64,000 bases of DNA from Gekko japonicus (Eukaryota), in contig NW_015177022.1 in assembly GCF_001447785.1 (NCBI RefSeq), positions 916,654 to 980,653 of the forward strand, in the 5' to 3' direction. Position 1 is the first letter of the stretch. Every line of letters begins with the position of its first letter. The notes below the pieces were generated by a model that was given only the letters and a program-made list of their open reading frames with translations, did not search any database and had not been told where the DNA came from. The translations under genes and the position numbers were made by a program. This document shows, piece by piece, positions 25,265 to 38,292 of this stretch.

Positions 25265-27085
25265 GAGAGGTTTATCGGGTTCAGGCAGCTGCTGATCTTA
25301 CACTTTTGCAGGATGACATCTTCAGAAGATATCTGCAGTTCAGAAACTGTTTTCTCAATCAAAATCAGGCATTCAGATTTCCACCCCCATTTCAAATTTG
25401 CCTCTGTCACCACTAAAGTCTGATCAAACCCTGTTTCATACAGATGATGATCTTGAGAATTCAGACTTATTTAGTTCTTTGGCTTAAGTGGTACGTCATC
25501 ATCGTATTTGACATCCTGAAGAATTTTTGGATTCCTGGTTTATGTTCTGGAGCAGGCAGCCATCAGAAGTGAGCCAGGAAACTTGGATCTGCTTTCAGAT
25601 TTCAAACCCCACAAAAACTTGTGCAGGTTGAAAATTTAATGGAAGGGTTTGATCTGGGCCATCCCATATTGTTAAAAGTCCCGGAATCTTAATTGGTTTG
25701 ACCGGGGTCTCGAGGCAAAACTCTGTTTTCAGCTCTGCAGAAGATGTCAGAATTATTAAAGGAGACACCGTTGACCTCTGCGAAAAAGACTCTTCTTAAT
25801 TTTCATCTTTACTGCTAGTCAGGAAGATATATACTCTCCAAATAATAGCAGTTTCCTTATGGTGAAGTTATGGTGGCTTTGTGATACAATAAACAGCACC
25901 CTGTCATAAGTCTTGTATAAAAAATGGCCTGACATTTCTTTAAAAGTAAAAAGAAACATGACTGCGGAGATGACCTTTGTGCAAGGTCACAGATGTTTTG
26001 CATGGCTGAGGGAACGATGGTTACATATTCTTGGGCTGCGATATATGGCTTACTTTTCACAAAGTGTTTTCCTGAGAAATTACAGTATGTTAAAAAAAAT
26101 GCCGGTGAGTTCTGTGCAATCCTTTATTGTTATTTTTTTAAAAAAATGATACAAACCAGGGGGGAAAGGACATGGGATAGGGGGAGATGAGAGAGATTGG
26201 GGCTTCCTAAAGCTTTTCATTTTATTTTTCATGGGTTTCTTTTCTGTTCCTTTTGAAAAGTGTAGCTATTCTGAAGAAGAGTCAACTGCTTGTGGTTGTT
26301 CGGAAGAAAACAGAACATGGGGAGGGCTGGGCTGAATTTTGCACATAGGGAAGCCCTAAGTTGCATAAGTTGGGCCAAATGACATGTTCTAAGGAACTGT
26401 GTGATTCTTTATCCTGATGGGCCTGTATTTTATGGATGTCCCTTGGAGGCTGGAATCTTCAGCAGAAAACCATCGTGGGGGTGCTTAACCCTTTCCTTGC
26501 CCGCTGTAGTGTTGCTCTACACAGTGCTCTCTCCCAAGCTGTTTTTCTCTTTGCAGGGGAAAATAATAGTATATATGTGTGGGAAAGGAACTTGTGGGGG
26601 GAATTTTGGGTGGACCAAGGGCCGGGAGAAAAAAGATTACGCCATTCCTCCTCTTCCTCCTCCCACTCCTCCTCCCACCCATCATTTGATTTCAGTTCTG
26701 AGTTCTGCCGGTTCCTTTATGTTCCCTTGCCCCCCTGACCTTACTGATGCACATGTGAGCACTGATAAAACACAAAAAAGGAACAGTCTTGATCAGAGAT
26801 TTGGACCATGGGGGGGCACCTTGGGACTTCATTAGTGTTTTTTAAAAATGTTGCAATTTACTTTGTAGGTTCAATATTGGACAGACAAGGTATCAGTATT
26901 TTAACAAATAAATCCATGTATTTCCTGAGAAGGCACCGTCCTTAGATAAAGAAAGCCAGACTAAAGAAGCCAAAAGTATACATGAAAATAAGGCTGAGAA
27001 CTAATGATGGGATACAACACATTTTTATTACTGCCATATATAGTTTGGCTGTTCTTGGTGCAGAATTTGAAGGGCCTTGATGCCA

Positions 27086-27270
27086 CTAAGGTTGCCACCT
27101 TCTAGGTGGTGGCTGGAGATCTCCTGGAATTACAACTGATCTCCAGTTTACAGAGATCAGTTCCACCGGAAAAATGGCTGCGCTGGAGAGTGGACTTTAT
27201 GGCACCATATCCCTGCTGAGCTCCACCCCCAAATCTCCAGGAATTCCCCAAGCCAGAACTGGCATCTCTA
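27086..27270. mobile_element. hAT Blackjack-like MITE
   Basis: taaggttgcca...ctggcatctcta ends with the family body. Confidence 0.7.
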
Positions 27271-27785
27271 GACACCATGGTTCATAGCTTTCTGGGTTCC
27301 AGCTTGCCTGGCCCTCTCTAGTCCAACATCTTCCTCCTTCATGGGTTGTTCTCAAGCAGATGCCCCAGGGAAGCCACAAACAAGGCAAGAAGTTCACTGC
27401 TCTCCCCTGGGGTTTGTTCCAAATGACAACATTTGGTATTCGTGGGTATACTGTCTCTTTACATGGAGGTTCTCTAATCTCTTCCAAACTTTCATAGGTA
27501 TAAGAAAAGAGCCATTCTAGTTTACTAGTTAGAGTGCAGCATCAGAATAGAGAGGGTTCACAACAAGCCTCCATCATGAAGATTGTTGGGTGAAATTGCT
27601 GTACCCTGCCATCCCCACCCACTGCCCCCAAACTCTCCAGGAATTTCTCCAAACAAAATTTGGCAACCTTATACCCATTTCACTACAAGAGTGAATACCT
27701 GTGGGTGTTTTAGATGTTGACCTATAGTGAAGGTGACACTACTTTTGTCTCTTTTTCTAGAGTAGTGTAAGAGCTAAGTGACAGA

Positions 27786-28422
27786 CTAGGAGGACAAGTT
27801 CTATGAGGAAAGGCTGAAGGAGCTGGATATGTTTAGCCTGGAGAGGAGACGACTGAGATGATGTGATTACCATCTTCAAGTACATGAAGGGCTATCATAG
27901 AGAGGATGGTACAGAGTTGTTTTCTGTTGCCTCAGAAGGTCAGACCAGAACCAGCGGGTTGAAATTAAATCAGAAGAGTTTTCGGCTAAACATTAGGAAG
28001 AACTTCTTGACAGTTACAGCGTTCCTCAGTGGAACAGGCTTCCTTGGGAGGTGGTGCGCTCTCCTTCTTTGGAGGTTTTCAAACAGAGGTTAGGTGGCCA
28101 TCTGACAGCAATGCTAATTGTGTGAACTTAGGCAGATCATGAGAGGGAGGGCAGGAAGATTTGCCTCAGTGCTTAGTTCTTGAGGCCCTTTTTTACATGC
28201 CCAGGGAAACGCTGATCACCACTTTGAGGTCAGGAAGCAATTTTTCTCCAGGCCAGTTTGGCTGGAGATCCTGGAGGGTTTTTTTTTTTTGTCATCTTCT
28301 GGGCTTGGAACAGTGGTCACCAGGGTGTGGAGGGGTAGGTATTTGTGAGTGAATGTCCTGCATTGTGCATGTGGTTGGAATACATGATCCTGGAGGTCCC
28401 TTCCAACTCTATGATTCTGTGA
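27786..28422 (+). mobile_element. CR1 LINE 3' fragment
   Basis: [43 protein letters not shown]; ends ggtcccttccaactctatgattctgtga (CR1 octamer tail). Confidence 0.92.
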
Positions 28423-28499
28423 CTGGGGGGGCAGGCCTCTGACTATAGCTGGCAGGGATAAAGTGTGGGGGAAGAGCAGGCAGCATGCTTGTGGTGGTG

Positions 28500-28738
28500 G
28501 AGGAGGAGGTTTTTATACCCCACTCTTCACTACCCAAATGAGTCTCAGAGTGGCTTACAGTCTCCTTCCCTTCCTCTCTCTACAACAGACACCCTATGAG
28601 GTAGGTGGGGCTGAGAGAGTTCTGAGAGAGCTGTGACTGGCCCAAGGTCACCCAGCTGACTTTATGTGGAAGAGCAGAGAATCAAACCGGGTTCTCTAGA
28701 TTAGAGTCTGCTGCTTTTAACCACTATGCCACACCGGC
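28500..28738 (-). mobile_element. Squam3-type SINE
   Basis: ttttataccccactcttcactaccc...ttaaccactatgccacac. Confidence 0.85.
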
Positions 28739-29130
28739 TCTAATGTCACTTCTAGTAAAAAAACTGATATTATGACATCTGGAGCAGCACTCTAGGATTT
28801 GTCCAAGCGTGCAGTTTCACCCCAGGGAGGTCCGGGAGGTGCGACTGCTCAGCGTGCAGCCATCCACCGGAAGCCGATCTTTCGCCACTCTTGATATTTC
28901 AGGCAAGCATTCTGCACAGACATGTTGTGAAGAGAAAATGGGGATGGGGAGAATTCTGATTTACCTCAGTGCCTCCATTTGGATGTCATGGGGAAACAGA
29001 TTTTCTTTCAAACCAGGAATCCTTAGTAGTTTTCCATGTGAGCAGAAGTGGGGTTGGGGAGCATGCAGACTCGAAAAACCAACCACATTCATGCCCATCA
29101 TGGCAAAGTACAAATTATTATTATTATGTA

Positions 29131-29618
29131 CAGGGGTCATTTTGTAGAAAAAGAGGTTCAGGAGCTCATTAGCATAACTTATTTGCATATGCCACACCTC
29201 CTGACGTCACCAGAAGTGTGTCAGAGGGCAACACCCACCACTCAGTCTCCACTGGACTGTTTTGGATTGCTAGCTATGGGGGGGGGGGGAATGTAGAGAT
29301 CTGCCCTAANNNNNNNNNNNNNNNNNNNNNNNNNNNNNNNNNNNNNNNNNNNNNNNNNNNNNNNNNNNNNNNNNNNNGATTGCGTGCTGTGGGGGGGGGG
29401 GGAACGCGCAGATCTGTCCTCACAGAGGAGTGAGAGCTTGTACCTGAAGGCGGGCCGGAGGGGGGGGGGCTCTGCAACTTACCTGGCTGCTTCTTGCTCC
29501 TCATGGCCCGACGGAGACTGCTGGGAGCAGGAGGCGGGGCTTGTTGCATGTGCCCTCCCCCTGGGCTCCTTACTGCCGGAACTCCGCTCCTGTGTGCTCC
29601 TGCAGGAAATGACCCCTG
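29131..29618 (+). mobile_element. hAT-type MITE, caggggtcattt-TIR family (variant interior, contains an N-gap)
   Basis: TIRs caggggtcattt / aaatgacccctg; 8-bp TSD attatgta/attatgtc. Confidence 0.88.
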
Positions 29619-30327
29619 ATTATGTCTGAATGCAGCTGAGGTCTAAAGAGAAAGTTTCATCTATGAAAGGAAATTCTTGCCCACTTGGGAGGAAACTTGA
29701 TGTGTGCAAGTGCTTTCCTTGCTCCATCTCAGCCTGTGTCCCGTTTGCAATATGTGGTTAATAACAGTGGCTTCCCTCAGAAGGCTGTCGTAAGGATTCC
29801 TGAGGTAATGTGTGTGAAAGGCTTTGATCATTTTACAGTGCTATTCAAAGGTTTAGTGTTATCACCTTCTCTTACAATGGAGGCCTTGATTTCTGCTTTT
29901 GTGTGTGTGTGTGTGTGTGCGTGTGCATGGCATCTTGATCAGGTTTGCTGACCTGAACTATCTGCCTTGGTCTGAAACTACTGGCTGCCCTTCCTATATG
30001 TCTATTTGCCTCTAAGCCTGCCTTTCCTCCAGGGAGTCCAGAAAAGCAAACATTGTTTTTCCTTCTTTATATTTTTCCTTATAATAACCTGGTAAGGTAG
30101 GTTAGCTGAGAGTGGCTGGCCCAAGGCCACCTAGGTTGCTTTCACACAGGGATTTGCTCCCACACAGACAGCAAGAAGCCCCTACAATTAAAGGGAATGT
30201 TCACACATTCTTGTGCTCATTCTGAGCATGACTGGAGAAGCACTAGGGGATTTCCTCGTTAAATTGGTCCAACCACCCCCTACTTTGATCCCGTTCAAAG
30301 GAAGAATCGTAAAGTGCCTGTGGATGT

Positions 30328-30514
30328 AGTAGAGTTGCCAAGAAGCCTAGAAAAAATTGTCCTTTCTCTTTAACAAAATATTTCTGTGTGGAAATGGGCA
30401 GCCAAAGCTTTCCATGGCATGAAAGTAAATAACTTCGCCTAGTGAATAACATCCCATTGAGCTTCTAATAATGGGGTTGGACATTTTTCTCCCCTTCAGG
30501 CAGTTGGCAACCCT
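30328..30514. mobile_element. hAT Blackjack-like MITE (second family)
   Basis: tagagttgcca...ttggcaaccctg TIRs with subterminal aaaaattgtcc/ggacattttt. Confidence 0.65.
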
Positions 30515-31654
30515 GCCTAGACTTGGGTGTATTGTCTATCTGGGTATTCCATCCATGGCTGTTTTGGGGAGGGGTCTGGTCTTTCAAAAGGGTGTGGAAC
30601 AGCTCATAGCTGTGTGCCACCCCCACCCCTGTTTAGCTCTTTATAGGGACTCTGTCAAACCACAGTTAACTGCTACAGTATTGCTTAGCTCAGAAATAGG
30701 AAGTGAAGGTAGTCCTCTCAGCTGTGGGGTATCTCAGTGTGAGGACTGTTCTGCCTGTGCTTTCGTGCAGGCACACTGGGGGAAATGAAGCGGAGCAGGG
30801 GGCTGTGAGGATGGTGGCAGCAGCAGGCAGAACAGGAACAGGTCTCTGTGGATGCTGTTTCAACTCCGCTCACACATTTTTGCATCCCTTTCTGGAAGCA
30901 TCCCCTGTGAGCTAGGGGGGTGTTGAACTTAGGTCTCCAGGTCCTAGTCTGACACTCTAACCACTACACCACCATGTCTCTCCCACATCCCTCATCCATG
31001 TCCCAGTCCTGAATTCTCTGGCACATTCCTGCCATTGTATCCTCTTAGCTTTATCTGAACTTCTAGTCACTCTTCTGAGTTCTTTGGCTTCTTTGGCATG
31101 GATTCTGAGCACATTAATTGCTTTGCTGCTTGATGGGGGTTGCCATCTTCAGTGCTGTCCTGTGTGCCTCCCACTGAGGTCCTCCCCAGGCTCAACCCAA
31201 ATGTCCAGGAGATTCCCAACCTGGAGCTGGCAACCCTGCCCCCCCAGTGGCTAGGTGGAACCTGGCAACCCTAAGCTCCCGCGCCTTTCGCAGCAGCTGT
31301 GTAATGGTGCCCATTTTTGCACTGGATTTGCTTCTTCTGCTTATTTCTGCAGATCATGCTGCTGTGAAAGGTGTGAAGCTTCCTCTCTGTACCACCCCCT
31401 ACAACAATGGTAGTCCTCTCAGAAATTCATTGTCCCAGCCTTCTCATTGTGCCTCTGTCTGCTCTCAGGATTTTTCAGTCTCTGCCTGATGTTATGGAAT
31501 AGCCTTCCACAGGGAGTCAAGAAACCCTCAATTCTGAGTGAGGAGTGAGTCTTCTATAGTCTAGTCTTTCATCCTGACCATTACGCTACACTGGCTCATC
31601 TGCTCTGGCTTGCCTCCACCACCCTCCACCTCAATCTCCAGCTAGCTTAGAGTA

Positions 31655-31845
31655 GGCCATGTCTCAGTGGTAAAACACACGCTTTGGATGCAGAAGGTCC
31701 CAGGTTTGACCCTCAGCATCTCCAGATAAAAGATCTGTGCTGGGAGTTGTTGAGAAACACTTCTGTCTTCCTGAGATCTTGGAGGGCCATTGCCAGTCAG
31801 ACTAGACAGTGCTACTGACCTTGAAATACTAGTGGCTTGATTATA
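31655..31845 (+). mobile_element. tRNA(Ala)-like SINE with a CR1-like tail
   Basis: ctcagtggtaaaacac...gcagaaggtcccaggtttga head; same family as 41479. Confidence 0.65.
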
Positions 31846-33067
31846 CTTTTCAATGTCAAGATCTGGTCTGGAGTTCTTCTGAAATTACAACTGATCTCCA
31901 GTTGGCAGAGATCAGTTTCCATGGAGAAAATGGCAACTTTGGAGGATGCATTGTATGGTATACCATATAGTCCAGGAGAAATGGAAGACCTATAGTGACA
32001 TCAAGTCCCCATTGAGCTTCCCTCCCTCCCCAGGAACCTCTCGAAACAGCCAGGAAATTCCCAAGCCGGAGCTGACAACTGTAAATCAGCTTTGTGTGTT
32101 CATGTGTAGCTGCTGCCTGGTCTTCCTCCTCTTGGTCCTAGCTGCTGCCTGGCTATGTCCAGTGTTTGCTCAGTTTTAGGTTGCTAGAGATCCTGAGGAG
32201 AAAGTTCATCCCTCAAGGATTACAATCCTAGTATCTCATATTAATTTTTAAAAGAGGGATAGTGACCAGCGAAGACTTACCACTAGACAACTTGTATAGA
32301 TGAAGCTGCCTTACATTGAACCACTCTAGTGGATCATCTGCTTTACTATTCAGTATTTTGGCCAGTGGACCGTCAAAGAGAGAAAGGTCTTTCTTAACAT
32401 CTCCTGGCTTTTTGAGGAGATGCTACAGACTGAACCAGCAGCCTCCTGAACACAAGGTCTATGCTCTGCTACTGAGCCACAGCTCCTCTATTAATATGTT
32501 CGTTTGTTTGTTTCCTTCACAGAAATGCTTTCCATTTAAAGAAACTAAGAAGCCTGTTGTATGGAACAGAAACAATGCATAGAGGGGATTCTTTCCAAGA
32601 ATCAAACTTTCATTATACTTGAGGCTTGTCAGTGTTTCTCTACCAGCAGAACAGTCCAATATTTCACCACTGGATGGCAAGCGAGAGCTACACACAGCAC
32701 ACTCCATTCTCATCCCTGTGAGCAAACTTCAGCTGAAAGCAAGGGTGCCTTTTTAAAAGGTATATAGTGTATTGTTTCCCTATAATTAACAATCTGAAGG
32801 GATGTTCAAATCATGTACAACGTGGACTGTTGTTTATGTAGGCATTGTCCAACAACTTCATCCTCTTGTACTTAACAAATGAAAACAAAGCCAACATACT
32901 CTTTGGGGAGTATATAGCTGGCACAAATTGGGCTGGCCCTTATCTTCTGTCTGTCCCGTATTTAGACTGACTTAGCTTGGGGGCAAATGGAGTTTCAAAT
33001 AAACTTTGCTGTAGATTTGAGTCTGGTTCACATATGCATGTTTAACATCTGATGATCATAGTGACTT

Positions 33068-33296
33068 TTTATTTATTTAGGTATTTATACCTCACTTTTC
33101 TCCCCAGCAGTGACACGAAGCAGCTTGCAATGTCATTCTCCCCTCTGTTTCATCCTCACAACAACCACCCTGTGAGGTAGCTTAGGCCGAGAGAAAGTGA
33201 CTGGCCCCAGGTCATCAAGTGGCCTTCTGTAGCTGAGGGGGGATTCAAACCCAGGTCTTCAAGATCCAAGTTCAATCCTTGAACCACCACACCCTG
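33068..33296 (-). mobile_element. MIR/Squam3-like SINE
   Basis: tttatttattta tail, cctcacaacaaccaccctgtgaggtag core, ggattcaaacccagg B box. Confidence 0.75.
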
Positions 33297-33335
33297 CTGT
33301 CAATCAGATGTTCAAGGAATGAACCAATGCAGATA

Positions 33336-33835
33336 CCTGGACAGCCCAGGATAGCCTGATATCATCAGATCTCAGAAGCTAAGCAGGGTCATCTCTATTT
33401 AGTATTTGGATGGGAGACCATCCAGGAAACAAAGGCACCACACAGGTGATGGCAAACCACTTGTGTTCATCGCTTGCCTTGAAAACCCTATGGGGTTGCG
33501 GTAAATTGGCTGTAACTTGAAGAAGAGATTGGAGTTATACCCCACCCTTCACTACCCAAAGGAGTCTCAGAGCGGAGTCTCCACCTCCTTTCCCTTCCCC
33601 TCCCCACAACAGACACCCTGTGAGGCAGGTGGGGCTGAGAGAGCTCTTTCGAGAACTGCTTGTGAGAGAACAGCTCTGAAAGAACTTGTAACTGACCCAA
33701 GGTCACACCAGCAGCTGCATATGAAGGAGTGGGGAATCAAACGTGGTTCTCCCAGATTAGAGTCCGCACTCCTAACCACTACTCCAATGGCACTTTTACC
33801 ACTACTACACTTGATGGCACTTTTTACCACAAACT
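33336..33835 (+). mobile_element. 5S rRNA-derived SINE with a Squam3 SINE nested in its tail
   Basis: gatctcagaagctaagcagggtc...gtatttggatgggagacc matches the 5S internal control region; tail cttga|tggcactttt is split by the insert. Confidence 0.8.
33519..33787 (-). mobile_element. Young Squam3-type SINE
   Basis: Closely similar to 7816-8097. Confidence 0.9.
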
Positions 33836-34640
33836 TGAATATGGTCACTCAGATGGGTACTGTGTTTGAAGATGAACCTGCATTTGAATCTTGTCTTTGC
33901 TGGAGGATGTTGTGTGGCATCATTCTGCTGCCACATGGTCAGGAGTGATGGGGGTGGGACTTCCCCTAAGTCAGGTGAGTATAAAAGCCAACTTGTGCTA
34001 TGGTCAGTGGCCAGTGAGGAATGAAACTTTCAAACAAAGAACAGCCAATTCTTGAGGGTGGTGCTCTTACAACAGCCAAAGAGAGGGTGAGGGGAGCCAA
34101 AGAAGGTGCAGGTTGGGGAGAGTAATTTTCATCAGCTTCCCTCCCCTTAGCAGGAAGGATGGTTAAGCCCTGGAAGCTGACACTTAGGGTTGGTTCCAAA
34201 CTAAATTGGCAGTTTCCATGGATTCCCTCTTCTCACAGAAGAATGTTTCTCATGGTCCCTTATCCCCCTGGAGTAGCATTTTGGGAAGTACAGTGGGAGG
34301 GGAAAAGGCAGGGAAGTTCAGTTCCACTGATGGAAAATATACTCTAGATCCAGGCTTTGGTTAGAAGTGCCCTCAGTAAGAATGAGCCGATCGGCATCAA
34401 CAGCCTTCACAGAGCACCACAGAGGCACCTGGGACCCCCTCAAAGTACAGGACTCAGGTGGCCTATGATGAGTTACACCTCTCCCCCACAGGGATGAAGA
34501 AAGGTTAGACATCCTAACAGGCTTTTCTGTGGGCTGGAACTGTTTCCTCTGAGACTAGCCCTCTCTACTACATTCTAGCATTTTGAAGAAGATTTTCTCC
34601 CTGCTCACACTTTCTATACCATTCATTATTTATGAACCAC

Positions 34641-35820
34641 TCATGAGTCATAGAATCATAGAGCTGGAACGGACCTCCAGGGTCCTCTAGTCCAACTCCC
34701 TGCACAATGCAGGAAATCTGCACTCCCAGTGAACACTGTTCCACACCCAGAAAATGACAAAAAAACCTCCAGGATCTCCAACCAAACTGGCCTGGAGAAA
34801 AATTGCTTCCTGACCCCAACGTGGTGATCAGGATTTCCCTGGGCATGTAAGAAAGGGTCACAAGAACTAAGCACTGAGGCAACCCTTCCTGCCCTCCCTC
34901 TCATGATCTGCCTAAGTTCACAAAATCCACATTGCTGTCAGATGGCCATCTAGCCTCTGTTTGAAAACCTCCAAAGAAGGAGAGCCCACCTCCTCCTGAG
35001 GAAGCCTGTTCCACTGAGGAACCTATGACAGCTCTTCAAGTACTTGAAGATGGTAATCATATCACCCCTCAGTTGTCTCCTCTCCAGGCTAAACATACCC
35101 AGCTCCTTCAACCTTTCCTCATAGGACGGTCTCCAGACCCCTCACCATCTTCGTTGCCCTCCTCTGGACATGTTCCAGCTTGTCTATAGCCTTCTTTAAC
35201 TGTGGTGCCCAAAACTGAACACAATACTCTAGGTGAGGTCTAAGCAGAGCAGAGTAAAGCAATACCATCACTTCGCGTGATCTGAACAGTATACTTCTAT
35301 TGATACAGCCCAAAATCGCATTTGCCTTTTTAGATACTGCATCACACTGCTGACTCATGTTCAGTGTATAATCTGCTAAGACCCCTAGATCCTATTTGCA
35401 CATACTACTGCCAAGACAAGTCTCCCCCATCCTATAATTATGCATTTGATTTTTCCTACCTAAATGCAGAACTTTACATTTATCCCCACTGAAATTCATT
35501 TTATTTGTCTTTGCCCAGTTTTCCAGCCTGTCAGGATCATCCTGTATCCTGACTCTGTCTTCTACCGTATTTGCTACCCCTCCCAATTTAGTATCGTCTG
35601 CAAATTTAAGAAGCATTCCCTTTATTCCTTCATCCAAATCATTGATAAAGACATCGAACAAAACAGGTCCCAGGACAGATCCTTGGGGCACTCCACTTGT
35701 CACTCCTCTACCATTCACAAACACTCTTTGGGTCCACCTAACTGTTTTGGATCCAAACCACATTTTACCAATTTGTCAATTAAAATATTATGTGGAGCCT
35801 TATCAAAAGTCTTACTGTGA
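34641..35820 (-). mobile_element. CR1 LINE ORF2 (reverse transcriptase) 3' portion, degenerate
   Basis: [61 protein letters not shown]; tcatagaatcatag tail. Confidence 0.95.
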
Positions 35821-36124
35821 AATCAAGAGTCATTCCCCACACTTTTGTCTATTCCTTTCTAACCCAAATACTCCCACATTCTCAACATGTGTAAAGAGAC
35901 TTTAAGGAGTCCTCCCTCTTGAAACTTTATTTAACAGAGGAGGACTATTATTAAAGGTTGTACAATAGCTTTTGAGATTCTTGGAGATGATTTTTGATAT
36001 TTTTGATTAAGATGATTTATTATATATGTACAAATTATTGTAAAAATATTTTTCAAAAATATAAAATCATTTATGATATGTTATAATCATCTGTGCACGG
36101 TACTTGTTGTATGTTGGCCTTCAG

Positions 36125-36505
36125 AGGTGAGGCAGGTGGCAACCAGAGACAGGGCTTTATCAGTGTTGGCACCTCTCCTGTAGAATGCCCTTCCTGTTGA
36201 GGCTTACCTGGTACATAATCTACTGTCAAGTGCCAGACCAAAATATTTCTTATTTACCCAGGATTATAATTAAGGGATTGATCTTTTAACACATTTTTTA
36301 TCATCTATTTTTAGCCTAAAAAAGATCATAAAAGTTATTTTAAGCAGCTCAATGTTTTATATTTTTGTGCCATGGCAAAGTTTTTAATACTGGGTTTAAT
36401 TAACAAATTTTATGGTGTGTTGTGTTTTCATTAGGTATTATTTTGTAAGCTAACTTGGGCAGGCTCTCTAAAGAACTAGCATAGACATTTTCTAAACAAA
36501 CAATT
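36125..36505 (+). mobile_element. L2 LINE 3' fragment
   Basis: TRDRALSVLAPLL*NALP-like translation followed by a T-rich UTR and tgtaagc...aaacaaacaa tail. Confidence 0.55.
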
Positions 36506-36520
36506 AAAAATCCTTTCTCT

Positions 36521-36723
36521 TCAGGTTGCCAGTCTCCAGGTAGGACTTGGAGGTCTTTCAGGATTACAACTGATCTTCAGAGTGACTACCACAGATCAGT
36601 TCCCCTGAAGAAAATAGCTGCATTGGAGGGTGGACTTCATGTTTCCTTCCCTCCCCAAACCCTGTCTTCCCAGGATCCACCCCAAAATCTCCAGGAATTT
36701 CCCAACCCAGTATTGGCAACCCT
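36521..36723. mobile_element. hAT Blackjack-like MITE
   Basis: caggttgcca...ttggcaaccc ends with the family body. Confidence 0.75.
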
Positions 36724-36851
36724 CCTTCTCAAGAACTTTTTTCTAGCTCTGTTGCAGTGGAGTGGCCAGATCTGTACATAGACTTCTCAGTGAAGCTGCA
36801 ACAAAGCATTATATAATAGCAAGATATTAGTGGGTCTCTAACTTGACAAGC

Positions 36852-37496
36852 GCCCTGACTTGGATGGCCCAGCCTAGCTGTGATCTCATCAGATGGTGAA
36901 AGCTAAGCGGGGTTGGCCTCGTTAAGATATGGAAGGGAGATTACCAAGGAAGTCCAGGGTTGCTGACCAGGAAATGGCAAACCACGCTTGAATGTCTCTT
37001 GCCTCAGAAACCCTATGGGGTTGCCGTAAGTAGGTGTCAGCTATGCTGCCATGAAGGTTGGGGAGGTTAGTCTGGTTAATTGCCGGTTAATTGCTATTGC
37101 TTTCCTTTCAGGTTAATTGCTACTGCATTCCTTTCTGTGCTGTCTCTGCTGTGCGTCGAAACGCTTATCTATACAGATGTGCAGGAGGGTGTTGTAGTGT
37201 CTGGGATTGCCTTAGGTGCTATGGGAGAGTGTTCGTTCTCAGCTTCAGCTACCTAACGGTCTCTAAGCCTTATCCCGCATGCGGGAGGGTGCCTAATTGG
37301 CCAGTGCTGTGGGGGGATGCATACGAATACCCTATATCCTATTATGCCCAAGGGGCCGCCGCCATTCTTTACAGTGCTTATGTTACTGCATCTATAGCTC
37401 TGCAATAAAAGTATTACCGTTCCTGAATGTGTGTACTTCGTTGTTGGCTGTGGGTTCTGACAGAAGGCTGAGACTCAGCAGTACTTCTTACCACCA
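36852..37496 (+). mobile_element. 5S rRNA-derived SINE interrupted by a solo LTR
   Basis: gccctgacttggatggcccagcctagc..gaaagctaagcgggg..ggaagggaga; tail resumes after 37467 (ctgagactc...accacca). Confidence 0.75.
37035..37462 (+). mobile_element. Solo LTR (428 bp)
   Basis: Inverted ends TGTCAG...CTGACA, 5-bp TSD gtagg/gaagg (1 mismatch), AATAAA at 37404, and it splits a SINE. Confidence 0.8.
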
Positions 37497-38044
37497 GAGC
37501 TTGGCAAGGGTGAACATGCAGTTTGCCTGATGATGTCACCTGGCTTGCCAACTGGCCAGAAGAACACCACTTCAGCCTGCTCCTACCCATTGAACAAAGA
37601 TTTGTTGTATAATAATCAGAAGAAGTTTTTAGGGCATGGAGTCAGTTATGATCACCACCTGATAAATGCTGTGGTTCAGTCTGCTGTTAAAGGGCCAGCT
37701 GCAGGGTCCACTGGAAGGGCTGGCCTCCTTAACAGTCACCAAACTTTCTGCTCTGACCCCTAGATCTCTTTCCTGGCTGGCCCAGGTGAGCGGCCATAGT
37801 ATAGCAGCAAATAATCTCTGTATTTAGAAGTCCCAGATTCAAATTCCACCCAGGGCCAGCATCAAGAATTGGCATGGTAGGTCTATCTACTGAGGTTCAT
37901 GGCACAACAGAGAGCCCACCACTGGGGGACATTTTAGGCTGTCTCTAAATCTGGAACTGTTTCTCAGCCCTGAATACTGCAGATTCTGTCCTTCCCCCTC
38001 TTTTATCTGGAAATGATACTGACCTATCCAGAGTTGTTGAGAGG

Positions 38045-38292
38045 TTTTGGTTTAGTGGTAGCATGCAGAAGGTCCCAGGTTCCATCCCTGGCAACTCCAG
38101 TTTAAAGGATCCCAGGTTTGTATCCCCACCTTGCCATGGATGCCTGCTGGGTGACCTTGGGCCAGTCATGCACTTTCAGCATAACCTACCTCATAGGGCT
38201 GTTGTAAGGATAAAATGCAGGAGAGAAGAATGGTGTAAGGTACTTTGGGTCCTAATGGGAAGAAAAGCAGGGTATAAATGAAGCTAAATAAA
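38045..38292 (+). mobile_element. Composite SINE: tRNA(Ala)-like head joined to a MIR/Squam3-like body
   Basis: agtggtagcatgcagaaggtcccaggttcc head runs via ggatcccaggttt into ccatgga..ctgggtgaccttgggccagtca...gggtataaat. Confidence 0.6.

Noticed and set aside
33336-33430. 5S rRNA genes (also 36852, 39457, 59011)
   Set aside because: They lack the 5S 5' end, are diverged, continue into a SINE body and tail, and one has a TSD. They are SINEs, not rRNA genes.
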